A stretch of DNA of 38,509 nt. It comes from a candidate division WOR-3 bacterium (GTDB taxonomy: Bacteria; Hydrothermota; Hydrothermia; LBFQ01; DSFT01). The stretch covers positions 1 to 38,509 of the forward strand of contig CBFGJN010000013.1 in the NCBI GenBank assembly GCA_965649115.1, written 5' to 3'. Shown one piece after another: positions 1 through 7,908 of the stretch. Position 1 is the first letter of the stretch. Each line of letters opens with the position of its first letter. Made by a program: the position numbers and the translations under genes. The notes beneath the pieces are model-generated. The model was not told where the DNA came from, ran no database searches, and saw nothing but the letters and a program-made list of their open reading frames with translations.

Positions 1-117
1 ATGGGGGGCGAAGCCCCCTAAAGCCGAAAAATGGGCATTTTAAAGGCGTAGCCTTTATTTCAGGGTGGGTGGGAAAACATAGAAATGATTATATTTCCAG
101 AATTATTGGACAAAGCA
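1..117 (+). repeat. Intergenic MITE-like element copy, right portion (truncated by window start)
   Basis: GGGGGC-GAA-GCCCCC hairpin, TAAAGGC-GTA-GCCTTTA hairpin, AGGGTGGGTGGG tract and terminal AATTATTGGACAAAGCA, all shared with the full copy at 38301-38505 (reverse). Confidence 0.9.
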
Positions 118-139
118 AAATTTTTTAGGAATTATCCTT

Positions 140-145
140 TAAAAT
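140..145 (+). promoter_or_regulatory. -10-like box TAAAAT (CTTTAAAATTT), probable leaderless promoter
   Basis: 7 nt upstream of ATG 153. The same motif and spacing recur before many operon-first genes. Confidence 0.65.
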
Positions 146-152
146 TTTAGGA

Positions 153-1094
153 ATGTCTAAAAGATTTTTTTGGATATTTTTTCTATTTGGTTGTATAAAT
201 CCTTATGAGGGAATTTTGTATCACCATCCAAAAGGTTGTAAGTTAAAAGTTATCACAACAATAACTATCTTATATGATTTTGTAAAAGAAATAGGGGGAG
301 ATAGAATTTGTGTTGAAAGCTTAGTTCCTGTGGGAGGAGACCCACATACTTATGAGCCTATTCCCTCCGATATAATTAGGATTTCAAAAGCTGATGTTAT
401 CATAGCAAATGGTCATCATCTTGAAAACTGGCTTTTGAAGTTAATTTCAAACAAAAGGGAAAATGCATTGTACTTTGAAGTTGCAAAGAATATTGAACCA
501 CATAATAATGACCCTCATCTTTGGATGGATGTAATTCTTGCTATGGATTATGTAAAGAATATAAAGGACTTCTTAATATCCATTGATCCTAATGGTAAAG
601 ACACCTATAATAGTAATTATGAAAAATATATAAGAAAACTAAAAAAATTAGATGAATTTATAAAATGTGTTGTTTCAAAAATTCCAAATGAAGATAGAAA
701 GCTTATTACAACCCACGATGCTTATAGTTATTTTTCAAGAAGATATGGTTTTGAATTTGTAGGCAGTATATGGGGAATTTCAACTGATGATGAACCTTCT
801 GCAAAAGAAATAAAGAAACTCATTGACTTAATAAAGCAAAAAAAAGCAAAAGCAGTTTTCATTGAAACAACAGTTAATCCAAGAATTATGGAAAGTATAG
901 CAAAAGAAACAAAAATAAGGATTGGTAAAAAACTTTATGGCGATTCGGTAGGAAAGCAAGGTTCAAATGCAGAAACCTATATAAAAATGCAAATTCATAA
1001 TATAAAAGCAATATATGAAGGTCTAACTGGAAAAAACTATAATGGAGAATGCGATGATAAGCTTAAAGATAACCAACTTAACAGTATATTATGA
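153..1094 (+). CDS. Mn/Zn ABC transporter substrate-binding lipoprotein (TroA/ZnuA family)
   Basis: Lipobox LFGC; DPHTYEP, DPHLW, THDAYSYF and YGDS metal-binding motifs. Confidence 0.92.
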   Translation: MSKRFFWIFFLFGCINPYEGILYHHPKGCKLKVITTITILYDFVKEIGGDRICVESLVPVGGDPHTYEPIPSDIIRISKADVIIANGHHLENWLLKLISNKRENALYFEVAKNIEPHNNDPHLWMDVILAMDYVKNIKDFLISIDPNGKDTYNSNYEKYIRKLKKLDEFIKCVVSKIPNEDRKLITTHDAYSYFSRRYGFEFVGSIWGISTDDEPSAKEIKKLIDLIKQKKAKAVFIETTVNPRIMESIAKETKIRIGKKLYGDSVGKQGSNAETYIKMQIHNIKAIYEGLTGKNYNGECDDKLKDNQLNSIL

Positions 1095-1773
1095 ATTAAA
1101 CCCTATCTTAATAGATATAAATTTAGGATTTGAAGAAGGAAAAATATATGGTATTATTGGACCTAATGGAGCTGGAAAAAGCACTCTATTAAAATCAATT
1201 TTAGGACTTATAAAAGTAGAAAGTGGGGAAATAAAATTTTTTGATAATAAATCGTTTAAAGAGGTTAGAAATAGAGTAGCATATGTTCCACAAAAGGAAA
1301 TTGTAGATTGGGACTTTCCTATAACTGTTTTTGAAGCAGTTTTAATTGGAAGATATGTTCATCTCGGTTTATTAAAAAGGCCATCAAAACGAGATAAGGA
1401 AATTACAATAGATGCCCTTAAAAAGTTAAATCTATATCATTTAAGAAAGAGACAAATTTCTGAACTTTCAGGAGGTCAACAACAAAGGGTTTTAATTGCA
1501 AGGGCAATTTGTCAAAATGCTGATATTTATTTACTTGACGAACCATTTGCTAATGTAGATGTTTTAACAGAAAAAAAATTATTTGAAATTTTTTATGAGC
1601 TTAAAAATAATAACAAAACAATTATTATAATTGACCATGATTTGGCAAGAGTTAAAAATTATGACGAATTAATTTTATTAAATAGAACAATAATAGCAAA
1701 AGGAAAGCCAAAAGAAGTTCTAACAAACGAAAATCTCTTTGAACTTTATAGTGAAAAACTTGTAGGTATTTGA
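1054..1773 (+). CDS. Mn/Zn ABC transporter ATP-binding protein
   Basis: GPNGAGKST, LSGGQQQR, LLDEP. ATG 1054 follows GGAG (ORF track starts at 1042). Confidence 0.92.
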   Translation: MISLKITNLTVYYELNPILIDINLGFEEGKIYGIIGPNGAGKSTLLKSILGLIKVESGEIKFFDNKSFKEVRNRVAYVPQKEIVDWDFPITVFEAVLIGRYVHLGLLKRPSKRDKEITIDALKKLNLYHLRKRQISELSGGQQQRVLIARAICQNADIYLLDEPFANVDVLTEKKLFEIFYELKNNNKTIIIIDHDLARVKNYDELILLNRTIIAKGKPKEVLTNENLFELYSEKLVGI

Positions 1774-1775
1774 TT

Positions 1776-2912
1776 ATGTTTGAACCACTTCAATATCAAT
1801 TTTTTATTAAAGCATTATTTACTTCAATAATTATTGCTATTACAAGCTCTTTTATCTCGCCTTTTTTAATTAGTAAAAGATGGTCTTTATTAGGAGATGC
1901 TATTTCACATGCAGTTCTTCCCGGTATTGCTATTGCTTATATTTTAAAAATTCCTTTCTTTATTGGTGCTGTTTTTAGTGCTGTTATAACTGCTATATTC
2001 GTTGGATTCATAGAAAACAAAACGAAAATTAAAGGTGATACTGCACTTGGAATAGGGCTAAGTGGTGCTTTTGCACTTGGAGTAGCAATTATGAGTCTAA
2101 TAAGGTCAAAGGATATAGACTTATATCACATTTTATTTGGGAATGTCCTTGCTATTAGAAATTCAGATATTATTTTAGTTTTATTAATCGCTGTTATTGT
2201 TATTTCTTCAATTGTCTTATTGTTTAAAGAATTTGTTCTTTGGACATTTAATCAAACACTTTTTAAAATTTATGGTTTTCCTGATGCACTATTTAGATAC
2301 TTTATGATTATTTTGATTTCAATAAGTGTTGTTTCAGCAGTTGTAGCAGTTGGCATTATATTAGCAGTAGCACTTTTAATCATTCCTTCTGCTATTGGTT
2401 ATTTAATTTTTAAAAAAATTTCAGATATTATTAAATTTGGAATTTTTATAAGTTGTATTTCAGTTGTACTTGGACTTTATAGTTCTTATTATCTTAATGT
2501 TGCTAGTGGTCCAGCAATTGTTGTAGTCCTTACACTATTTTTTATTTTTGTAATGATTATCTCTCCAAAGGAAGGTATAATTATTAAAATTTTAAGAAAT
2601 TACAAAAGAAAAAAAATTATAGAATGGCAAGATAAATTAAAATTACTTTATGAACTTTCAGAAAATGGTTTGAAAATTTCAGATATAAAAAATGTAGAAA
2701 TTTCACAATTTATTAAACTTGGAATAATTGAAATTGAAGAGGACAAAATTAAATTTACAGAAAAAGGTAAAGTTTTAGTTATGAATATAATAAGGGCTCA
2801 CGAATTATGGGAGGCTTATCTTAGAAGTCATAATGTTGCTGAAAAATTGGAACATTATACAGATGAAGAAATAATAAATGTTCTTAATGAAATTATAAAA
2901 AGGGGGCAATAA
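1776..2912 (+). CDS. Mn/Zn ABC permease fused to a C-terminal DtxR/MntR-like metal-binding domain
   Basis: GDAISHAVLPG and LFGNVLA permease motifs; C-terminal RAHELWEAYL...AEKLEH. ATG at 1776 (TTG at 1770 is the alternative). Confidence 0.85.
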   Translation: MFEPLQYQFFIKALFTSIIIAITSSFISPFLISKRWSLLGDAISHAVLPGIAIAYILKIPFFIGAVFSAVITAIFVGFIENKTKIKGDTALGIGLSGAFALGVAIMSLIRSKDIDLYHILFGNVLAIRNSDIILVLLIAVIVISSIVLLFKEFVLWTFNQTLFKIYGFPDALFRYFMIILISISVVSAVVAVGIILAVALLIIPSAIGYLIFKKISDIIKFGIFISCISVVLGLYSSYYLNVASGPAIVVVLTLFFIFVMIISPKEGIIIKILRNYKRKKIIEWQDKLKLLYELSENGLKISDIKNVEISQFIKLGIIEIEEDKIKFTEKGKVLVMNIIRAHELWEAYLRSHNVAEKLEHYTDEEIINVLNEIIKRGQ

Positions 2913-2919
2913 CCCCCTT
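2900..2919. terminator. Hairpin between convergent genes, likely bidirectional terminator
   Basis: AAGGGGG-CAATAA-CCCCCTT overlapping both stop codons. Confidence 0.6.
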
Positions 2920-3868
2920 ATCTATTTATAAATTTTATATAACTCTTACCAAACTTTACAATATATAAACCTTTATAGTGAGAAAGGTCAAGAACTTTTC
3001 CTTTAAGGAAAATTACCTTATAAATTCTTCCATCAGGTCTATATATATAAATATAGTCCTCGATAGGTTTATCAAAATAAATAATGTTATTTATGATTTT
3101 ATATGACACTTGCTCATAAAGAGGAACATTAAATTGTTGAAGTGTTTTAGTATAAACATTAGTTAAACTTGATGGATAAGGACCAAAATTATGAATATAG
3201 AAAACCACATAACTCGTATCAAGTTTTATCAACCAAAAACCCTTGTTTTCACGGAATCTAAATTTATATCTATCATAAGCTAAAATTGAATCAACTTGAA
3301 TACCAGAAATCGTAGATGTTGTTTTTACTTTATATCTTATTTCAACTCTACTATAAACTGTATCAGCATTTTTTGATATTAAATTTCCCGGTGATGACCT
3401 ATACCAAACAGTATCAGGAATTTGGTCATCATCAACACTCGCTATAGGATAAGGATTATTTAATTTTACTATACAGGTGTCTATACCTTGCCAAGTATTT
3501 TGAAGTATCTTATAAACTATTATTCCTCCATAATCAGCAGAAGAATCCTTTCTTACATACTGGAATGTAGTATCGTATCTACCATTTGGAAAGCTATCTG
3601 AAACAATTTTTTCAACTCTAAATGCTACATTTGGAGTATCACAATAAGGTGTTATTCCGGGTGCTACTGAAAATATACTATCTCTTGAAGTCCCGTTCCC
3701 ATAAGCTACCCCTGTAAGCTGATAGAAGTACCAATTTCCAACAACTCCACCCAGATACTCAGGACCTATGAGCATAATTGAAGGAGTTTGAGCCTTTTGA
3801 AGATATATCTTTGTAGGTAAATTTCCCCACCCTCTTTCAAACACCAAAGAAATTAACAACTCAACCAT
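2918..3868 (-). CDS. Exported hypothetical protein with T9SS-like C-terminal domain
   Basis: Short hydrophobic N-terminus MVELLISLV; C-terminus IYRPDGR...KGLYIVK...IKFINR. Confidence 0.7.
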   Translation of the reverse strand: MVELLISLVFERGWGNLPTKIYLQKAQTPSIMLIGPEYLGGVVGNWYFYQLTGVAYGNGTSRDSIFSVAPGITPYCDTPNVAFRVEKIVSDSFPNGRYDTTFQYVRKDSSADYGGIIVYKILQNTWQGIDTCIVKLNNPYPIASVDDDQIPDTVWYRSSPGNLISKNADTVYSRVEIRYKVKTTSTISGIQVDSILAYDRYKFRFRENKGFWLIKLDTSYVVFYIHNFGPYPSSLTNVYTKTLQQFNVPLYEQVSYKIINNIIYFDKPIEDYIYIYRPDGRIYKVIFLKGKVLDLSHYKGLYIVKFGKSYIKFINR

Positions 3869-3893
3869 AATAAAATTTTAAAGTATAAAAAGT

Positions 3894-4061
3894 TGCTGTG
3901 TCCAATAATTCAGCTATGGGGGGCTTTAAATCAATAATTTCAAAAAATTTTCACAAGTCATTACAAAGCATTATTTTTGTGCTGTGTCTAGTAATTCTGA
4001 AAGTATCTATTTTTCGTCATTCTCCTCACACTGAAAATAAACGGACAGCTTGGACAAAGCA
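3894..4061 (-). repeat. Degenerate/nested copies of the intergenic element
   Basis: TIR-like TGCTGTGTCCAATAATT at 3894, TGCTGTGTCTAGTAATTCTGAAA at 3980, TGGACAAAGCA at 4051-4061. Confidence 0.8.
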
Positions 4062-4102
4062 CCAACAAATTGGCTCAAAACTATATAGTGTAAAATTTAA
4101 AT

Positions 4103-4912
4103 ATGCTTAGTTTAACCTTTTTAATTTCCAATTGTGGGAATGAGGTGGGAATACCACCTCAAAAGACACTAATAAAATTATCAGGAGCAAGTGTAATTCA
4201 ACTACAATATCCTCTTGGGAATGAAAATGTCCTTAATGATGGTTTTGAAATATCAAATTCTAATACTTACTGCATAAATGCTTATTATGATGAAATAACT
4301 ACGGATTTCTATTCCTATAAGACCACTTATCAAACACAAGACAATAAAATACAACTAAATTTTGATATTTTATATTATAAGCCTTATGGTATTCTAAATG
4401 TAAAATTGGTAATAAAAAATCTGACGAATGAAAACTTAAATATCACTTTCAAGAAGTTTTATGAGGGACTAAGCACACCTCTTATTGACGAAAATAATCA
4501 GATATGCTATATTCCAAATAATAACTATCTTACTGCTATTATTCCGGTTTATCCTAATGCTCAAATAAGCTCATCTTCCAAAACATGTCTCTTAACCTAC
4601 AATTTAAATTTAGGACCATATCTAATATCTGAAATTTATTACGGTTATATTGTGGGAAATGACTTTAATGAACTTCTAAACTCAAAAGCAATATGTACTG
4701 GATGTAGAAGTGTTTTAGCTTCTTATGAGAAAAAGCAAGTTTTTTATGAAATAAAAGGAGGAACAATAGTTTTGAGAGGTGAAGGAATTTTTAGAATTTA
4801 CAAGGTAGATGGCAGTATCGTTTATATTGGAAAGGCAAAATCCTTAAAGCTGAAAAGTGGAGTATATTTTATAAACTACAATAATTTTACAAAAAAGGAG
4901 GTTATAAGATGA
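4103..4912 (+). CDS. Exported hypothetical protein with T9SS-like C-terminal domain
   Basis: N-terminus MLSLTFLISN; C-terminus IYKVDGS...LKSGVYFI...KKEVIR; TAAAAT 6 nt upstream. Confidence 0.7.
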   Translation: MLSLTFLISNCGNEVGIPPQKTLIKLSGASVIQLQYPLGNENVLNDGFEISNSNTYCINAYYDEITTDFYSYKTTYQTQDNKIQLNFDILYYKPYGILNVKLVIKNLTNENLNITFKKFYEGLSTPLIDENNQICYIPNNNYLTAIIPVYPNAQISSSSKTCLLTYNLNLGPYLISEIYYGYIVGNDFNELLNSKAICTGCRSVLASYEKKQVFYEIKGGTIVLRGEGIFRIYKVDGSIVYIGKAKSLKLKSGVYFINYNNFTKKEVIR

Positions 4913-5181
4913 GATGGGAACTGTTTAGAGCAGATTGCAAGTTATGTGATAAAATGGAAAATCTTTTGAAATCTGAGTTTCCTCTTGTCAGTTTGGAAAT
5001 CCATAGAGCTAATGAATGTAAAGATGGTAGTTGTTGTAAAATAGCTGAAAAATATAGTGTAAAATGCGTTCCTACACTTGTTATAGATGGAAAAGTTATG
5101 TGTGAAGGATTGCCTGATGAAAATAAATTAAATGAAATAAGGAGGATTTACTATGAGAACTACAATCCTAGCTGTTGTTAG
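4909..5181 (+). CDS. Thioredoxin/glutaredoxin-like protein
   Basis: CKLC motif, VPTLVIDG cis-Pro motif, extra CC pairs; SD GGAGG. Confidence 0.8.
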   Translation: MRWELFRADCKLCDKMENLLKSEFPLVSLEIHRANECKDGSCCKIAEKYSVKCVPTLVIDGKVMCEGLPDENKLNEIRRIYYENYNPSCC

Positions 5182-5695
5182 TGGAATTTTGGGAAGTATC
5201 TGTTGTATAGCTCCTCTTTCACTTTCAGTTTTTAGTGCCTATATAGTAAAATTAGAATTTTTGAGAACTTTATTTTTACTATTAGCTTTTGGATTTTTAG
5301 GTTATGGGTATTTTAAATTCTTTATGAAATCCAAATCTTGTTGTGAAAAAGATAAATTAAAATTAATGTTTAATAGAATTTTTCTTATTTTAGGAACAAT
5401 TTTTGTTGTTTATATTACCTTAATTGATTATAGACCTTTAAATGCACAAACGAAGTCTATAAAAATTGAACAAAATAATGGTTATCCTATAAGTGTTGGA
5501 GGTATATCTTGTGCAGATTGTATTGAGCATATAAAGAATGCCTTAATGAATCTTGAAGAAGTTAAAGATGTCCATTATGATACTAAAAATAATGTTTTTT
5601 ATGTTGTTATAAAGGAGGGGTTTAAATTTGATGAGAAAAGAATAAAATCTGCTATTGAGAACATAGGTTATAAGTATAAAGGCTTGGTGAAATGA
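5153..5695 (+). CDS. MerT-like mercury transporter fused to an HMA (MerP-like) domain
   Basis: CC in first TM (GSICCIAP), loop SCC, three TM segments, C-terminal GISCADC; adjacent to merA. Confidence 0.8.
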   Translation: MRTTILAVVSGILGSICCIAPLSLSVFSAYIVKLEFLRTLFLLLAFGFLGYGYFKFFMKSKSCCEKDKLKLMFNRIFLILGTIFVVYITLIDYRPLNAQTKSIKIEQNNGYPISVGGISCADCIEHIKNALMNLEEVKDVHYDTKNNVFYVVIKEGFKFDEKRIKSAIENIGYKYKGLVK

Positions 5696-5907
5696 TACTT
5701 GAGCCCTGTTGCTCTCCAAATGAAAAATGTTGTATAAAGTATGGAAAAACGAAAAAATTTTTTGGAAAGCAAACATATAAGTATCCAAATGAATTAAAAG
5801 AAAAAGTTATTGAACTTTATTTAAATGGTTATAAGATGAGAGAAATTTCAGGAATTTTAAAAATTCCTTTTTCAACGATAAGGAGGTGGATACATGAAAA
5901 GTTATGA
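5692..5907 (+). CDS. Small Cys-rich helix-turn-helix protein (IS1 InsA-like)
   Basis: CC...CC-KYGK...GKQ followed by YPNELKEKVIELY...REISGILKIPFSTIRRW HTH; overlaps both neighbours. Confidence 0.6.
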   Translation: MILEPCCSPNEKCCIKYGKTKKFFGKQTYKYPNELKEKVIELYLNGYKMREISGILKIPFSTIRRWIHEKL

Positions 5908-7270
5908 TTTAATTATAATTGGAGGGGGAGCTGGTGGATTTGCAAGTGCTATAAAAGCAAATTCTATCGGAGCAAAAACACTTTTAATAAACGATGGACT
6001 TGAAATAGGGGGCACATGTGTTAATGTTGGTTGTGTTCCCTCAAAAACATTAATTTACATTTCAAATATCATTAAAAAAGCAAAAACATTTAATTTTCAA
6101 ATAAATTATGATTTTGAGGAAGTTATGAATTATCAACAAGATGTTGTTGAGAATTTAAGAAATAAAAAATATATTAATGTTATTAGGCTTTTGGAAAATG
6201 TTGATTATATTAAGGGATTTGCAAAATTTTTAAATGGAAATGAAGTTGAAGTTAATGGAGAAATTTTCTACGGTAAAAAATTCATTATTTCAACAGGCTC
6301 AAAAGTTTCTTTTCCAAATATAGAAGGAATTAAAGATATTGACTACTTAGACCATATAAATGTTTTGAAAATTAGAGAAATTCCAAAAACAATAGCAATA
6401 ATCGGTGGTGGTTATATTGGTTTAGAATACGGACAATTTTTTAATAAAATGGGCTCAAAAGTTTATATTCTTGAAGCTATGAATAAAATTTTACCCTTTG
6501 CTGAACAATCAATTGTAAAAAAACTAATTGAATTTTTAAAGAATGATGGAATTGAAATTTTAACAAATGTTAAAGTTTTAAAAGTTGAAAAGAAAAATAA
6601 AAAAGTTTTAACATTTATTTTAAATAATAACGAAAATTCAATTGAAGTTGATGAAATAATGATAGCTACAGGAAAAATTCCTAATACAAGAAATTTAAAT
6701 TTAGAGAAAATAGGTGTTAAACTAAATGAAAAGATGGCTATTGTTGTAGATGATTATTTTAGAACAAGTAAAGAACATATATTTGCTGTTGGAGATGTTA
6801 TTAATAAACCATTAAGACTTGAAACAACTGCTGGTTATGAGGGGACAATAGCTACTGAAAATGCCTTATTAAACTCATTTAAAACACTTGATTATAAATT
6901 AGTTCCTTGGACAATTTTTACAAATCCGGAATTTTCCTCAATTGGATTAACTGAAAAAGAAGCAATTGAAAAATATGGTAAATGCTATTGTAGAATGATT
7001 GATTTTGAAAATCTGGCAAAATCATACATTACAAAAAGTTATGGTGTTATTAAAATCGTTGCTAATGATAATTATGAAATTCTTGGAATTCATATTCTTT
7101 CAGAAAATGCAAGTGAAGTTATAAATCAAGGGATTTTTATTTTAAAAAATAAAATGAAAGTTCAAGATATAATTGAAACCTTACCAGTTTTTCCGAGTTT
7201 TTCTGAAAGTATAAAACTATGTGCTTTATCATTCTTCATGGACATTAAAAAATTGCCTTGTTGTGTATAA
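5894..7270 (+). CDS. merA: Mercuric reductase (no NmerA domain)
   Basis: GGGAGG FAD motif, GGTCVNVGCVPSK redox pair, diagnostic C-terminal CC (KKLPCCV), mer context. Confidence 0.88.
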   Translation: MKSYDLIIIGGGAGGFASAIKANSIGAKTLLINDGLEIGGTCVNVGCVPSKTLIYISNIIKKAKTFNFQINYDFEEVMNYQQDVVENLRNKKYINVIRLLENVDYIKGFAKFLNGNEVEVNGEIFYGKKFIISTGSKVSFPNIEGIKDIDYLDHINVLKIREIPKTIAIIGGGYIGLEYGQFFNKMGSKVYILEAMNKILPFAEQSIVKKLIEFLKNDGIEILTNVKVLKVEKKNKKVLTFILNNNENSIEVDEIMIATGKIPNTRNLNLEKIGVKLNEKMAIVVDDYFRTSKEHIFAVGDVINKPLRLETTAGYEGTIATENALLNSFKTLDYKLVPWTIFTNPEFSSIGLTEKEAIEKYGKCYCRMIDFENLAKSYITKSYGVIKIVANDNYEILGIHILSENASEVINQGIFILKNKMKVQDIIETLPVFPSFSESIKLCALSFFMDIKKLPCCV

Positions 7271-7315
7271 TCAATAATTCTATTAGGGGGATTCTTATCC
7301 TTTAAAATTTTATTT

Positions 7316-7756
7316 ATGAAAGATGGAAGAAATGAAGTGGCATTAAAGAGATTAAATTTAGCAAAGAGGTATTTTGAAAATGCTAAGGAAGAATTAAAAA
7401 AATCAACAATAGATAGAAAAAATGGAATATATGAAGATGTTAAATATGTATCATCTGCTTGTAGCAAGGCATACTTATCAGCACTTGAAGCCCTAAAATC
7501 AATTTTTTTACTAAAAATTTTTAAGGATGAAGAGGAATTGAAAAAAGCATTAAAAAGTAATGAGGGTTATAGTAATTATATTTCAAAACTTAACATAGGT
7601 AAAGATAGAGATAATTTAATGAAACTTTATAACGAAATTTATAAAATTCTTCATCTTGGTGGTTATTACAGAGAATTACAAAGTAAGAAAGCAATAGATG
7701 ATGGTTTTGAGAAAGTAGAAAAAATTATTAAAATTGTTGAAAACTATGTTAAGTGA
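7316..7756 (+). CDS. DUF5618-like / HEPN-fold helical protein
   Basis: AKRYFENAKEELK...YEDVKYV..AC..AY.SALEAL...LHLGGYY pattern, recognised from memory of the family. Confidence 0.55.
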   Translation: MKDGRNEVALKRLNLAKRYFENAKEELKKSTIDRKNGIYEDVKYVSSACSKAYLSALEALKSIFLLKIFKDEEELKKALKSNEGYSNYISKLNIGKDRDNLMKLYNEIYKILHLGGYYRELQSKKAIDDGFEKVEKIIKIVENYVK

Positions 7757-7769
7757 TTAATTGGTTAAT

Positions 7770-7874
7770 TTATTAGGGGATTTATGGGAGCGAAGTTTAA
7801 GCCGAAGGCTTATTTCGTAGGGTGGGTGGGAAATTATAGTAAAGTATATATTTTCAGAATTACTAGACACGGCA
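7770..7874 (+). repeat. Intergenic element copy (right portion)
   Basis: TAAGCC-GAA-GGCTTA, AGGGTGGGTGGG, terminal AATTACTAGACACGGCA. Confidence 0.88.
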
Positions 7875-7908
7875 AAACAGACCAATAATTATCCCTTAAA
7901 ATTTTCAA

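Noticed and set aside
107..145. TIR hexamer TGGACA/TAGACA as an outward -35 box
   Set aside because: Spacing to TAAAAT is 26-27 bp in most copies; only 3899-3904 gives 18 bp
3898..4110. 70-aa ORF
   Set aside because: Lies within degenerate repeat copies and the promoter of 4103; no protein features
5894..7270. Dihydrolipoamide dehydrogenase call (lipA is nearby)
   Set aside because: C-terminal CC pair, absence of the HPTxxE motif and MerT neighbour favour MerA
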